A DNA stretch of 64,000 nucleotides from a virus: the IMG/VR virus record IMGVR_UViG_3300046168_000085, positions 16,389 through 80,388 of that record; one strand, 5' to 3'. The position numbers were made by a program, and so were the translations under genes. Within the stretch, counting starts at the first letter, position 1; each line of letters begins with the position of its first letter. Below are positions 51,950 through 62,547 of this stretch, piece by piece. The notes under the pieces were generated by a model, which saw nothing but the letters and a program-made list of their open reading frames with translations, searched no databases and was not told the DNA's origin.

Positions 51950-52246
51950 TTAAGTCCTTGAATTTATTTTATTATGGTCGATTAATATTTCACCATAATC
52001 TCTTGGTATTCTGATTTGTGTGCCTGGTTCTATATACATAGTACCCTTTACATTATTCGCAGCTGCGATTATCCACCAGTAAGTAGGATTTTCATAAAAT
52101 TTATATGATAAATGATCAAGACGAGTTCTTTCTACTATAACCAAATATAAATCAGTTGATCTTTTTTTTATTCTTGGTAAAAGAGTCGTTTGGAGTGCTT
52201 TTTTACCTGAGTTTAAAGTATTAAGTTTTGTTGTTTTGTATCTCAT
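51950..52246 (-). CDS. LysM / tail-X (gp53-like) baseplate wedge protein
   Basis: RLDHLSYKFYENPTYWWIIAAANN...PGTQIRIP. Confidence 0.8.
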   Translation of the reverse strand: MRYKTTKLNTLNSGKKALQTTLLPRIKKRSTDLYLVIVERTRLDHLSYKFYENPTYWWIIAAANNVKGTMYIEPGTQIRIPRDYGEILIDHNKINSRT

Positions 52247-54114
52247 TATAGTTGTGGTGCTTCTCCTTTTGAATAGTCATTTAAAGAATGATTGAAGTCA
52301 CCTATATCCGACTCACCAAATGATTCAGGTAATAGAGAGTCAACTCCAAGTGGAATTTCATTTGGTGAATCACCAAAGTGACGATTGCTTGTTTGAGGTA
52401 TTCTTTTTTCTAAAAATTTCATTGAAACACTTATTTCTGCCTGTGTTGGATATTGTGCAACTTTTAATTTCTCACCATTCGCATCATTGTATGTTCTTTC
52501 AATTGTACTATTTAAATACTTATACGATCCTTTATCTTTGCTGTATTTATTGTTGCTCAGTTCCCACTGACCCTCGGTGGGAATATTTACTTGCACATCG
52601 GTTATTAGTACAGGTTGATTTTTATATAAATCACCTAGATTAAATTTTACCATAGATGGTATTATGAACGAATCACTTGAATTCTGACCAAGTTTTGTGT
52701 AACCTGCTGGTTTTGTCAGTCCGATCATATAATTTATTCGTTGCCACATAGGATGAAGTTCCTCCACACTTAGTGCATATACCATGAATTCAACCGATCC
52801 TGTTCTTGTAAATCCTGCATAAGTTGAAACTTCATCGGCACGACCTAAATATCTTAGACTATTCCACTCAGCAGATGCTTGATCGGATAATCCTGACAGA
52901 TACGCACGAAACGGAATGTATTTTTTATTTACCAAATCTTCAAAATACAATGGAATGAAATCTCCCTTTTCTATTGTTTTTTTATTATCTTCGTTTACAT
53001 TCAAAACCTTTAGTGCGTTAAATTTATCGATTCTATCACTAGCAGATTCTCCATAATTCCATCTGCCTATACCCCGTTCGGTATTTCCATACTTAGGCAT
53101 TTTTTTTAATGTACTCGAATGATTTATAGAATCCTTATTTTTTTCATACTTTTTTTCGTATTGTCTATCTTTTAAAAATTGGGAAGTGTTATTTTCGGAA
53201 TTAAGGTCAGATGTCTGTTGTACTATTTTATCTATTTCTTCTTTTTGTTTTATATCCTGATATACACCAGGTATATGCGTATTTGTAATTTGAGTCATTA
53301 CATTATTATATTTTTCGTTAAATTGTCTTAATTGCTCCTGAGCCTTACCTCTTTCTTTTAAATTGTGTCTAGGTGATGCTGAATTATTTGAAGTTTCATA
53401 ACCAATATAATCTGCTTGGTGACCCATGCTACTTTCTTTTGGGTATTCACCCCAGGTTGATCCGTTATGCTCAACCTCTCTAAATATATTTTTTGAGTAA
53501 GCATTATTTCCTCGTCTTTCTTCCAAGTTTTTAAAATTAGATGTTGCTTCTACCCGTGCATTAATACTTGGATTTCTTGTAGTTGGTGGTGGATCATTTG
53601 GGGTTGGAATTGGTTCGTAAACATTATTTAATTTTTGACGAAGTTCTTCATCACTATTTACTTCCATAGAATTGCCTCCCGTACTTAAATCAAGTCGGTC
53701 ACGCATTTCTCGTATATCACCTCTAAACGCAGAATCAAATTCTCGAACTCCAGTATATTTATTATATATCGTACCGTTTCCTTTTATATAAAAATTTCCA
53801 TCGTCTGGATTATATTTTTCTGAATCAAAACCGGCATTTGGAGGTACAGGAACTCCGTTTCTCCCCCCCTTTCCAATTGTATTTAATGAATAAACATTCT
53901 CAAGATATGATTTATTAGTATTAATGCGAAATGAAGGAACTATTCTTCCATTTGAAAATATATTAGGTCTATCCCCATAATCCTGAATTCTTACATTTTC
54001 TTGCAAAGATTTTCTATCTATGGGTTGGAGTCCAGCACTTTGATTACTCGATCCAAGCAAGTTTTTTGCTAATCTTGCTAATTGTTTTTGCAGTGTGTCT
54101 TCGATCCAGCTCAT
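52246..54114 (-). CDS. Baseplate / tube-initiator-like protein
   Basis: C-terminal FRAYLSGLSD...W....YLGRA...Y.GFTR, LGDLY; lies directly after the tape measure gene. Confidence 0.6.
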   Translation of the reverse strand: MSWIEDTLQKQLARLAKNLLGSSNQSAGLQPIDRKSLQENVRIQDYGDRPNIFSNGRIVPSFRINTNKSYLENVYSLNTIGKGGRNGVPVPPNAGFDSEKYNPDDGNFYIKGNGTIYNKYTGVREFDSAFRGDIREMRDRLDLSTGGNSMEVNSDEELRQKLNNVYEPIPTPNDPPPTTRNPSINARVEATSNFKNLEERRGNNAYSKNIFREVEHNGSTWGEYPKESSMGHQADYIGYETSNNSASPRHNLKERGKAQEQLRQFNEKYNNVMTQITNTHIPGVYQDIKQKEEIDKIVQQTSDLNSENNTSQFLKDRQYEKKYEKNKDSINHSSTLKKMPKYGNTERGIGRWNYGESASDRIDKFNALKVLNVNEDNKKTIEKGDFIPLYFEDLVNKKYIPFRAYLSGLSDQASAEWNSLRYLGRADEVSTYAGFTRTGSVEFMVYALSVEELHPMWQRINYMIGLTKPAGYTKLGQNSSDSFIIPSMVKFNLGDLYKNQPVLITDVQVNIPTEGQWELSNNKYSKDKGSYKYLNSTIERTYNDANGEKLKVAQYPTQAEISVSMKFLEKRIPQTSNRHFGDSPNEIPLGVDSLLPESFGESDIGDFNHSLNDYSKGEAPQL

Positions 54115-54147
54115 ATATTTGTAAATATGAAAGTATATATTTTTTCC

Positions 54148-57100
54148 TTACGAATTTGCTATTGATGCAAGTGTTTTACTCACCTTTTTACCATCAAGAT
54201 GAACGGCAATTCCACCACTTTTCATCAATTGAATTAGTTCAATTAATCTAGTTTCAGTGCCGGATGTGTCTACGGTCGTTGAATTATCTGTCTGATTATT
54301 GTTTGTAACCGAACTTATAGTTTCCACCACACTTGCGTTTGTGCCCGTTCCGATTGATCCCATTTCCTGTGTGGTAATTGGTGAAGCATTTGATTGTCTA
54401 AGTTGATTTTCAATTTCTCTCTCTTGAATCAATTCTAAATCAATCATTGATCTATTTAGTTTTGGATTAAATTGGTGATAATCAGAAGGTCTGGCAGAGC
54501 TCCCCAACCCTTTCATTCTATTTGCGAGCATTTCATGTCGCAATTCAGAGGTTGCATTTGATGTGCTAATCATTGTGGATTTAAGTTTTTCAAATTTATC
54601 ATTAAGTTCGGAAGAAGAAAATTCTTTCACAAAATCAATACCAAACTCATCCTGATCCATTATTGCGTTTGCTTTGTTTTTATCAATAAAATTATTATAG
54701 TTTTCGTGTGCTATATCCTTATTATCCTGTAAAGTTTGTAATTCTTTTAATTTATCCTCACCTCCAATTTTGCCAACAAAGCTTGAAAATGTATATCCCT
54801 TTTGTGCTGAGTCAGTTACATTCATTTTCTGCGATTGTTCTTTTTCAATTGATTGTTGAACAATTGTTTTATTAACAGTATTGTTATCAGTAGATTTCTT
54901 TACAAGTTCGTCAGAAACACTTTCCGTTTTTCCTTTGAAAGCAAACACCATCTTTCCTAAAAACCCTAAATCACTCCATACTTTCCCAAAACGTATTACA
55001 GCCTCGGTAAGTGAGTCAAATCCTGATATTGCAGTTTCATACACCTCTGGATTTGAAATACACTCGATGAATGATTTTACAGGACTTGTTCCTATTTGGT
55101 TCATCACTAGTAGATTTTGTGAAATAGACATTATCGCAGATGATAAATTTTTAAGGTTATCTACACTTTCGGATTTAATCAACGATAGAGGTTCTAGTAG
55201 ATTTTTTATTTTTACAGATATACCATCCACTTCACCTACCCCAAGACCACTTGCAAATTCTTTAATAGAATTTAATGCGTCAGGTATTGATCTAAGATTT
55301 TCACCTATATTTCCTATATTTTGTAAAGATGATGTAAATTTTATAATTTCTTGCAATGGGTTTAAATTTGATTGATCTATTTTATTTGTACCAAATGCAA
55401 AATCTGAAATTGCATTTATACCCGATGTACCAAACCCCACAACTGAATCTATGAATCCACCTCCACCTCCAGCTGCAATAGATAATTCATTAAACGCACC
55501 TCCCATGTCACGAATTGCACTTGAAGCATCTCGTATGGCATCACTTTGCTTAGAAATTTTTAGCATATTTGTGATTACTGCTTCAAGACCTGTTCCAAGA
55601 TTTTTTAATGGTTCTCCTGCATCTTTCGCCGCATCCCCAAGTTTTCCAATTGAATATGCCATAATCCCAACGGAAATTACACCTGCCGTTACGAGAGGTA
55701 AAGCAACACCAAGACCTGCCATTGCCACTCCAAGAAGACCTATCTTTCCGATATCCGAGAATGTAAGTTTTTGAAGTGATTCAACCACTCCTGTGAAAAC
55801 TTTAGACAACTCAGAGATTGCAGGAAGTATAGAACTTAAACCCATTCCAAATAATTGCAATGCAAGTCCTAATGCCCCAATTGCAATTGAACCTGCAATA
55901 ATTGGAAGTGCAAACATTCCCATCATACCAGCTACAACTGCAAAAGCACCTAGTGCTACAACCCCTGTTAACACACTTTTAAAATCAATGTTTGCAAATT
56001 TAGTAAGTGAGTCAGCAAATGGATTCAAAGCAAGTCCTAGTGCTCCTATTGCAATTGACCCAAGTAAAATAGGCACAATGAATTTACCAATAAGACTAGC
56101 AGCCACAGCAAGAACAGATAAAGCACCCAACCCATAAAATACATTTTCCCACGGTACATCTGCAAATTGTTTAAATCCATGTGCAAGTGGAATTAAAGAT
56201 AAACTAAATATTCCCATTACAATTGCACCCATAATTAAACTTCCCTTTGCAGAGTCCAAAATTTTAGACACAATTAACATAGTAGTTGATACTCCAATCA
56301 ACGCAGTAACTCCTTTTGCCATATCGTCCCACTCTACATTTGCAAATTGCTGAAATGCTTTAGCAGCTATAAACATTGATCCAGCAAGCACAACAAGTGC
56401 TAATCCTGCTTGTAATACACCTCTTGTTGATATTCTACCAATCTGTTGGACAAATGATTGTATACCACGTCCAATTCCACGTAATAATCCTGCGATACCC
56501 TCTCCAATACCTTTAAACATTCCTGAAATACCTGTTCCAAGTGAAGTAACTGCTCGGCCAATCCCACTTGCAATATTACTCAACGCAGTCCCAATTCCTG
56601 ATGCCAGATTGGATACTGATCTTCCAATGGAACTAAAAATGCTTTGTACAGAAGATCCAATACTTTCAATAACTTAGAACTTAGAAACTGTACCACCCAA
56701 TCCACCGATTAAGTTTCTAATACCATTAACCAATCCACTGACTCCTTTACCTAAAAATCCAAATAAACTGCCACCGAGAGTAAACAATCCTTTGAAAATT
56801 CTGGGAATTAATAATCCAAAAAATAAAAAAGCAGCTGTTATTTTTGCTTGCCACTCAAACATAGTACTAAGTGGTTTTGTTAAATCTTTAATTACATCTA
56901 CAACTGGTGATAAAAATTCTTTAATTACTTTAATTGCATCTCCTATCAATTTAAATGGCCATAAAATATAACCAACTAAATCTAATATTGTACCTAAAAT
57001 TGGAACTAAAACTTCCATACCAACCTCGATTACGGGTAATAGTTTTTCACCAAGTTTTATCATTAATGAATTAAATTTATTTTTAAGTTGATTCATTTTT

Positions 57101-59097
57101 TCTTGTTGAATTTGCTCTTCAAGTTGTGCTTTCATTCTGTCAGCTCCATCTTTAGCATCACCGTCTCTTAATTTTTTAAGTTCTTCTTGAAGAGCAATTG
57201 CCCTATCACCATATTTTGCTTCAAAAGCTGCTCTGTCTTTTTCAGTCGCAGCCATCTTCATTAGATTTTCAACGGATGTACCCATTGCTTCGGCAGCTGC
57301 ACGTTTTTGAAAAACATTCATATTCTCCAAACCACCCATTTGTTGTAACAATCTTAATTGCTCTTTTGCTACCCCCTCTGCATCACCAGCAAATGAAAGT
57401 TGACGAAGTTTATGCATACTAATATGCCCACCCAACAAACTACTAAGTTTCATTTCTTTGTTAATAGAACTTTCAAAATCAAGCATAGTCTCCATTGTAC
57501 TTGCAATATCATCAATTGTTGTTCCGAGTTTTCTTGCTTGAACCGCAGAAGCTGCCAACGCACCTGGTGTTTTTCCCATGAATATTAAAGTATCTTCACT
57601 TGCAGATGCAACATCACTCATTACCTCATCTGCATTTACACCTGCTAAATCAGACGCACTTGCTACTGCCATCACTAAATTAGAAACAGTAGCATCCGAA
57701 TCTGCTCCTAGCATTTTAAATTTTTTGGCTGCTCCTGCTAAATTTTCATTTGATATACCAAGTTGTGTACTAAGTAAAGTAACGGATTGCAATGTCTTTG
57801 GCATCAGTTCCAATCCAAAGTTTCCAAATTGAGTGGCCAGTGCTTGTGCCGATGCACTTGCGTCCTCTAACGAGACCCCCATATGAGAAAATTCTACATT
57901 CAGTCTTTGAACTTCATCAAAAATTGCGGAAGTGCTTTGTAGTGTTCCACCCAAATTTTTTCGCAACTCTCTTGCAGATTCTTCAAGTTCTGTGAATCGT
58001 TTAAATGCTAATGTAAGTAAAGCAGTTAGTGCGGCTATCAATAAAAATGGTCCACTTAATATTGATTTTAGTGCAGCCCCAATGCCTTGTAAATTACCCA
58101 TGAAGTGACTTAAACCTGCTTGTATTCCACCCATTGCACTTCCTGTATCTTGTGCGTGTTTTAGTCCGACCTTCAATGCACCTGCAAATGCTTCTTTTGC
58201 AATATCCGATACTTCTTCTAAAGGTCCCGTTGCATATTTTGCTAACATACCACCTATCAATGGAATTGATTCCAACGAACCTAATATACTATCTTTTATT
58301 CCATCAAACTTACCCATGACCTCATCACTAACACCACCATATGTCTTGATGAATTCTTCCATATTTTTACCATGCAATTGAAGTTCTTCGTTTAATTCTT
58401 TATTTAAACTTAATAGTTTATTGGTTTCTTGAAATACCGCACCTGTGGTGGTTCTTAAATCATCTTGATACTGAGTCATTGTGGACATATTATTTATGCT
58501 TACTCGTTGACCTTCTATAAAATCGTCGTTGAATTTATTCAATGAACCCATTACTCCTAAGTTATTAGCAAGGCCTGCGTTTAAGTTAAGTAGTTCATTC
58601 TTTGATTGCTCTAATTTTTCTTTTTGCGTAGCATATGCAGAAGTTCCTTCGTTTAATAATGACAAGCGTGCAGCTTCTATTTCTACGAGTTTTGCAGCTT
58701 CTGGTATTTTTTCAGTTTCTAATGTGCTTATACTACCAGCAACATCTAATATTTTATGTTCAACTTCAAGTTTTTGTTGATCTAACATTGCCAAAGCTTC
58801 GGTTTGATCAGATGCAGTTGACATTTCAATTCTAAAGTCACGTGTCAAATCTTTAAATTTTTCTAAAGAACGTCCAGATGCAACTAAACTTTGTTGCATT
58901 TTTTCAATGTTGTCAATTCCTGTTATATCTAAATTTGATTCAGATTGAGCATTTTTTAAATTATCTACAAACTGAGAACTTAGATCACCCACATCCTTTA
59001 AATCAGGTAACAAATCAGATGCAATTGATTTTTGTATATCTTGTGTAAAAGAACCAACGTCCTTTATTATATTTAAATCTTCGGGATCAAGTGCCAC
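54148..59097 (-). CDS. Tape measure protein, interrupted by one in-frame TAA at 56674-56676
   Basis: Long helical Ala/Gly-rich protein with 11-aa G-I-x repeats and hydrophobic repeats; the two listed ORFs share a frame. Confidence 0.8.
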
Positions 59098-59111
59098 TCA
59101 AAGATTCTCCT

Positions 59112-59369
59112 TTAGTGTATTAAATCTTCAAGACCTTTATCAGCAAATGATTTTTTTAAATCTTGTGTGCTAGTAATTCCTGCTTTCTTAAGTTTTGCTT
59201 TAAATTTCTTGGTGTCGTCAATGTAATTTTGAAATGCGGTGTGAAGCAATGGATCGGCAAATGCAGCCTTTCCAACAGCTTTTGCTTTTGTATTAAATAC
59301 TGCTTTTACAAGAGAACCTAAAAATTCAGATAATAGTTCCTGTTCATTTAATTTTTGTTTTCTTTTCAT
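59112..59369 (-). CDS. Hypothetical protein (LNE N-terminal motif)
   Basis: ORF track; ATATTTAT upstream. Confidence 0.6.
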   Translation of the reverse strand: MKRKQKLNEQELLSEFLGSLVKAVFNTKAKAVGKAAFADPLLHTAFQNYIDDTKKFKAKLKKAGITSTQDLKKSFADKGLEDLIH

Positions 59370-59427
59370 ATAGGTGATTTATTATATACGTATAAATATA
59401 TAGTAAGTAACACTTTAATCATAAAAA

Positions 59428-59706
59428 CTATTTGTAAGAACGACCCCCCTTTGAAAAGGACCGGGTACTTGGTTTTGAAGCAGGTTTTGAATTAGTTTTT
59501 GCTTTTGCTTGGGCTGCTTTGATTTCTTCGTTTTCTTTATTTTTGAGTTCCACCAATTTCTTGGCATAAAACCTTCTAAGATATATTGGAAGATTATATG
59601 CAATTGACTGATTAAAAGCACCTTGACTATGATAACAGAGATTAAAAATCTCTTCGTGGAGTTGTATTTTATACTCCTGTGGAAGGGTAAAAAAAGTCGA
59701 CCCCAA
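59428..59706 (-). CDS. Tail assembly chaperone C-terminal extension (gp51/GT-like)
   Basis: Overlaps the end of the upstream gene at a T7 run; LHEEIF.L......F...Y.LPI.LRRFY; lacks a good start codon. Confidence 0.6.
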   Translation of the reverse strand: MGSTFFTLPQEYKIQLHEEIFNLCYHSQGAFNQSIAYNLPIYLRRFYAKKLVELKNKENEEIKAAQAKAKTNSKPASKPSTRSFSKGGRSYK

Positions 59707-60631
59707 GTGGGATCGTCATCCTTTCAGTATATCCGGTCTCTTCGGACTCAAAGTTAAATGTCATATCAAGATCAGGTGTATTTTCTCTTATGTGTTCTCT
59801 TAAAGCAAGAGAATCACGTGCAAGTAGTTCTTTATCAACAAAACTTTTAATTCTTGCACGATCTTCATTTCCGTCTAATGACTTAATTACATATTTCAAA
59901 CGAGTAGTAATTTCAGTAGTTTCATTTTTATTTTTTGAAAACTTCTTCATGCTTTTCATTTCCATATCAATTGCTTGTTCATCTCCATGAGTTAACAAAC
60001 TATAATGTACGGTTCTTTTACTATTAGGAAGTTCAAATTGAAATAGATTCAACCCACGTTCGTACTGCTCAAAATTAAATTCTTTTGGTTCAAGTTTGGC
60101 CAAGTCGATTGTATCTTCCACATCTTCATTTGTTGAAGGGTCTTTAAACTTGATTCCATAATCTTTTCCATATGCTAAAATACGTGATGCGATGAATATA
60201 GCATTCTTATCTCCAACCAAAATATCGTCCATCTTTACATTCGGTGTAATAATAAGTGCTTCAAGTAACTTATCTAACACAACACCCTTCTTGATAAGAT
60301 TTTGACTTGTAAGTATATCTTCTTCTTTTGCAGTCATGTATTTTATATCAATCTTACCACGTGATAGTGGTGAATTTTGTGGATAAAACCACCCCTGACT
60401 TGGTAGATCAATTACTTCACTTGGATATTCAAATGACTGAACTTGATCAGTTTGTGTTGAAAACTGAGCAGTTGGTGCAGGTGCAGGTGCAGTTTTTTCT
60501 GCCTGTGTAGTTTCTTGTGTAGTTTCTTGTGTAGTTGTTGACTGAGAAATCTTTCTTGCTTCAGCTGCATCTCTTTCAAGTTGTTCACGAACTTGTTGTG
60601 GTATCTCTATATTATTATCTTCGTTTGCCAT
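59669..60631 (-). CDS. T4 gp26-like baseplate hub / tail assembly chaperone
   Basis: IDLPSQG.FY, KYMTAKEEDIL, GDKNAI..A.RI..YG, TPDLD, ends PLGVDFFYP. Confidence 0.75.
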   Translation of the reverse strand: MANEDNNIEIPQQVREQLERDAAEARKISQSTTTQETTQETTQAEKTAPAPAPTAQFSTQTDQVQSFEYPSEVIDLPSQGWFYPQNSPLSRGKIDIKYMTAKEEDILTSQNLIKKGVVLDKLLEALIITPNVKMDDILVGDKNAIFIASRILAYGKDYGIKFKDPSTNEDVEDTIDLAKLEPKEFNFEQYERGLNLFQFELPNSKRTVHYSLLTHGDEQAIDMEMKSMKKFSKNKNETTEITTRLKYVIKSLDGNEDRARIKSFVDKELLARDSLALREHIRENTPDLDMTFNFESEETGYTERMTIPLGVDFFYPSTGV

Positions 60632-60728
60632 AATTGTAACCTTTTATTTTTAAATATCAGTATAATATATACCAATATATATACATATACAAGAATAAAA
60701 ATTTTGAACAAAAAATCAAAATTTTTTA

Positions 60729-61094
60729 TTAAATATCAGCAAGGGCAAATTGTAAAATCTTTTTGTGATCTTTGTATGCAAAGAAATCACTTTTCTTTTT
60801 ACCCTTCCACACTTTATTTAAAGTAACACCTAACTTCATATCGTTGAAAACAATTTTTTTACCACTTGCAGTTTGGAACATCATTCTACCAGTAGAGTTA
60901 TCGATATCGTAGTTTTTTAAAAACTTACCAACTTGTACTTGTTTTAATAAGAACTTTGCAAGTTTTCCGTATGCATCACTTAATCCCTCTAACTGCAATT
61001 CAGTTTGCTTTTCATTGAGCACTTCTTCGTATATTTTCAATATGCTTGATTTTAATTTATTTACTTCCACTCTGATAAATATATACATAAACAA
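60729..61094 (-). CDS. Hypothetical protein
   Basis: ORF track; likely starts at GTG about 61070 just after ATATTTAT. Confidence 0.55.
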   Translation of the reverse strand: MFMYIFIRVEVNKLKSSILKIYEEVLNEKQTELQLEGLSDAYGKLAKFLLKQVQVGKFLKNYDIDNSTGRMMFQTASGKKIVFNDMKLGVTLNKVWKGKKKSDFFAYKDHKKILQFALADI

Positions 61095-61124
61095 AAAAAA
61101 AAACTCCCATACGGGAGTTTTTTT
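61093..61124. terminator. Bidirectional-looking intrinsic terminator after the tail tube gene
   Basis: A-run, aaactccc-atac-gggagttt, T-run. Confidence 0.85.
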
Positions 61125-61148
61125 AAAACTGGATATGATGTTTTGTTC

Positions 61149-61640
61149 TTAGTATTGAAGGATTGCGTAATCGTATGCAATATCTAAATCAACAGTAGCA
61201 ACATCACCTGTTGTCCAATCTAATGGAGAGAATGTTGTACCTGCAACGAACGCACCCTTAATTGTCCATTCTTCGACATAGTCACCGACCGGTCCAAGAA
61301 CAACAATTGTTAAATCTTTTTTGTAGAAGTCTGCGTAACCATTTCTACCTGTTACAGACTCATGTGAAAGACGAACCCATTCCATAGCTGCTTGAGCCGC
61401 ACTTGGAACGATTGGGTCATACATACCCATGCTGATGTTATTCCACTCTGCTTTACCTGCACGAACTTTACGTTTGATATTGATGTGGTCTAATGTGTTA
61501 ACATCGATTGTAATGTTTGGTCTATCGACATTTTTAATTAAATATGCTGGAACACCGTCCATATACATAATAAAACGATTTGCTGTTTTAGGTTCAAATG
61601 CCGTAAAAAACATTTCTTGTGTTTCTACTACTTGTGCCAT
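61149..61640 (-). CDS. Tail tube protein (T4 gp19-like)
   Basis: FEPK..NRF, W..I....YDP, WVR, GYADFYKKDL, GPVGD.VEEW..KGAF, YDYA. Confidence 0.88.
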   Translation of the reverse strand: MAQVVETQEMFFTAFEPKTANRFIMYMDGVPAYLIKNVDRPNITIDVNTLDHINIKRKVRAGKAEWNNISMGMYDPIVPSAAQAAMEWVRLSHESVTGRNGYADFYKKDLTIVVLGPVGDYVEEWTIKGAFVAGTTFSPLDWTTGDVATVDLDIAYDYAILQY

Positions 61641-61759
61641 ATTATTATTTCTCCAGTTTTAGTGTTTTTATATTAATGATAAATATTAGTCAGAAAACCG
61701 AAAATTACGTTTAATGACCTGTTATTGTATAAATATTCAGTTACTCAAAAAAAATATAT

Positions 61760-62470
61760 TTATTTATCCTTTCTTAATTTCTTTCCGACAAGTTTTGCCG
61801 ATCCGTATAATACTGCTCCGATAAATTGAATGTGTTGCGGGCCTGGCCAAGGAAATGACAATCCCATTACACCAGTTGCGAACAGCATTAACAATGCCAT
61901 TCCTTCTGGTCCAGCAAATAAAGTTGATAATCTAAAACCACCACCCAGTGCACTTATCATATCTGCCATGTCGAAGTCATAATCTGCATTACCTGTGAAC
62001 GTCATATTTAACCAAATGTAAATTAACAATCCAGCTACAACTACACCAGCAATTTTTTTAGTACGAGGATGTTTCGCAAGAAAATCGTCAAGTGCTTTGA
62101 GTTTCTCCTCGGTCCACTTTCCAACTTTTGTACTTGCTACATATTCCCCAATTGCCTTGATAATATCTTTGTATGCTTTAAATCCTTTCTTAACAAGTTT
62201 AAACAAATAACTCATACTAAACTTTATTTTAGCAAAAAATTTAAAAACTACTTTGTCTAAAAACAGTTTAACCAAATCAACTAATTTTACAGATACTTTT
62301 TCTTTTAAGTCTTTTATGAATGACCATATTGATTTTAGTTTTGAAGGTATTACCAATTCATTAATTAAACTTGTATCACAATCTAGTTTATGTTCTTTAA
62401 CGAAACGAACAAATTCGTCATATTGAATATCCGTATAAATTGATTGTAAACTAGTTTCTTGCATAAGCAT
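61760..62470 (-). CDS. Hypothetical membrane protein inserted between sheath and tube
   Basis: Amphipathic N-terminal half plus hydrophobic C-terminal segments. Confidence 0.65.
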   Translation of the reverse strand: MLMQETSLQSIYTDIQYDEFVRFVKEHKLDCDTSLINELVIPSKLKSIWSFIKDLKEKVSVKLVDLVKLFLDKVVFKFFAKIKFSMSYLFKLVKKGFKAYKDIIKAIGEYVASTKVGKWTEEKLKALDDFLAKHPRTKKIAGVVVAGLLIYIWLNMTFTGNADYDFDMADMISALGGGFRLSTLFAGPEGMALLMLFATGVMGLSFPWPGPQHIQFIGAVLYGSAKLVGKKLRKDK

Positions 62471-62486
62471 AAATATATATCAAATC

Positions 62487-62522
62487 AAAAAAAAACCCCC
62501 CACTTCTGAAGAAGTGAGGGGG
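62487..62522 (-). terminator. Intrinsic terminator after the sheath gene
   Basis: cccccc-acttc-tgaa-gaagt-gagggggc stem with an A run on the plus strand (T run on minus). Confidence 0.8.
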
Positions 62523-62547
62523 CTACACCTTTGCACCTATCTACAAA

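Noticed and set aside
59391-59398. T4 late promoter TATAAATA on the plus strand
   Set aside because: Wrong orientation for the genes; better explained as the reverse complement of the coding-strand ATATTTAT motif
59415-59621. Alternative-frame 68-aa ORF overlapping the chaperone extension
   Set aside because: The overlapping 59428..59706 frame carries the more protein-like conserved pattern
60504-60540. 12-bp tandem repeat (gtgtagtttctt)
   Set aside because: Encodes a TTQE low-complexity linker in the gp26-like protein; no sign of a separate function
2494-62260. Numerous plus-strand ORFs in the track (e.g. 21814..22347, 25823..26356, 39485..40147, 54881..55375)
   Set aside because: They lie antisense to convincing minus-strand genes and show no recognisable motifs; treated as shadow ORFs
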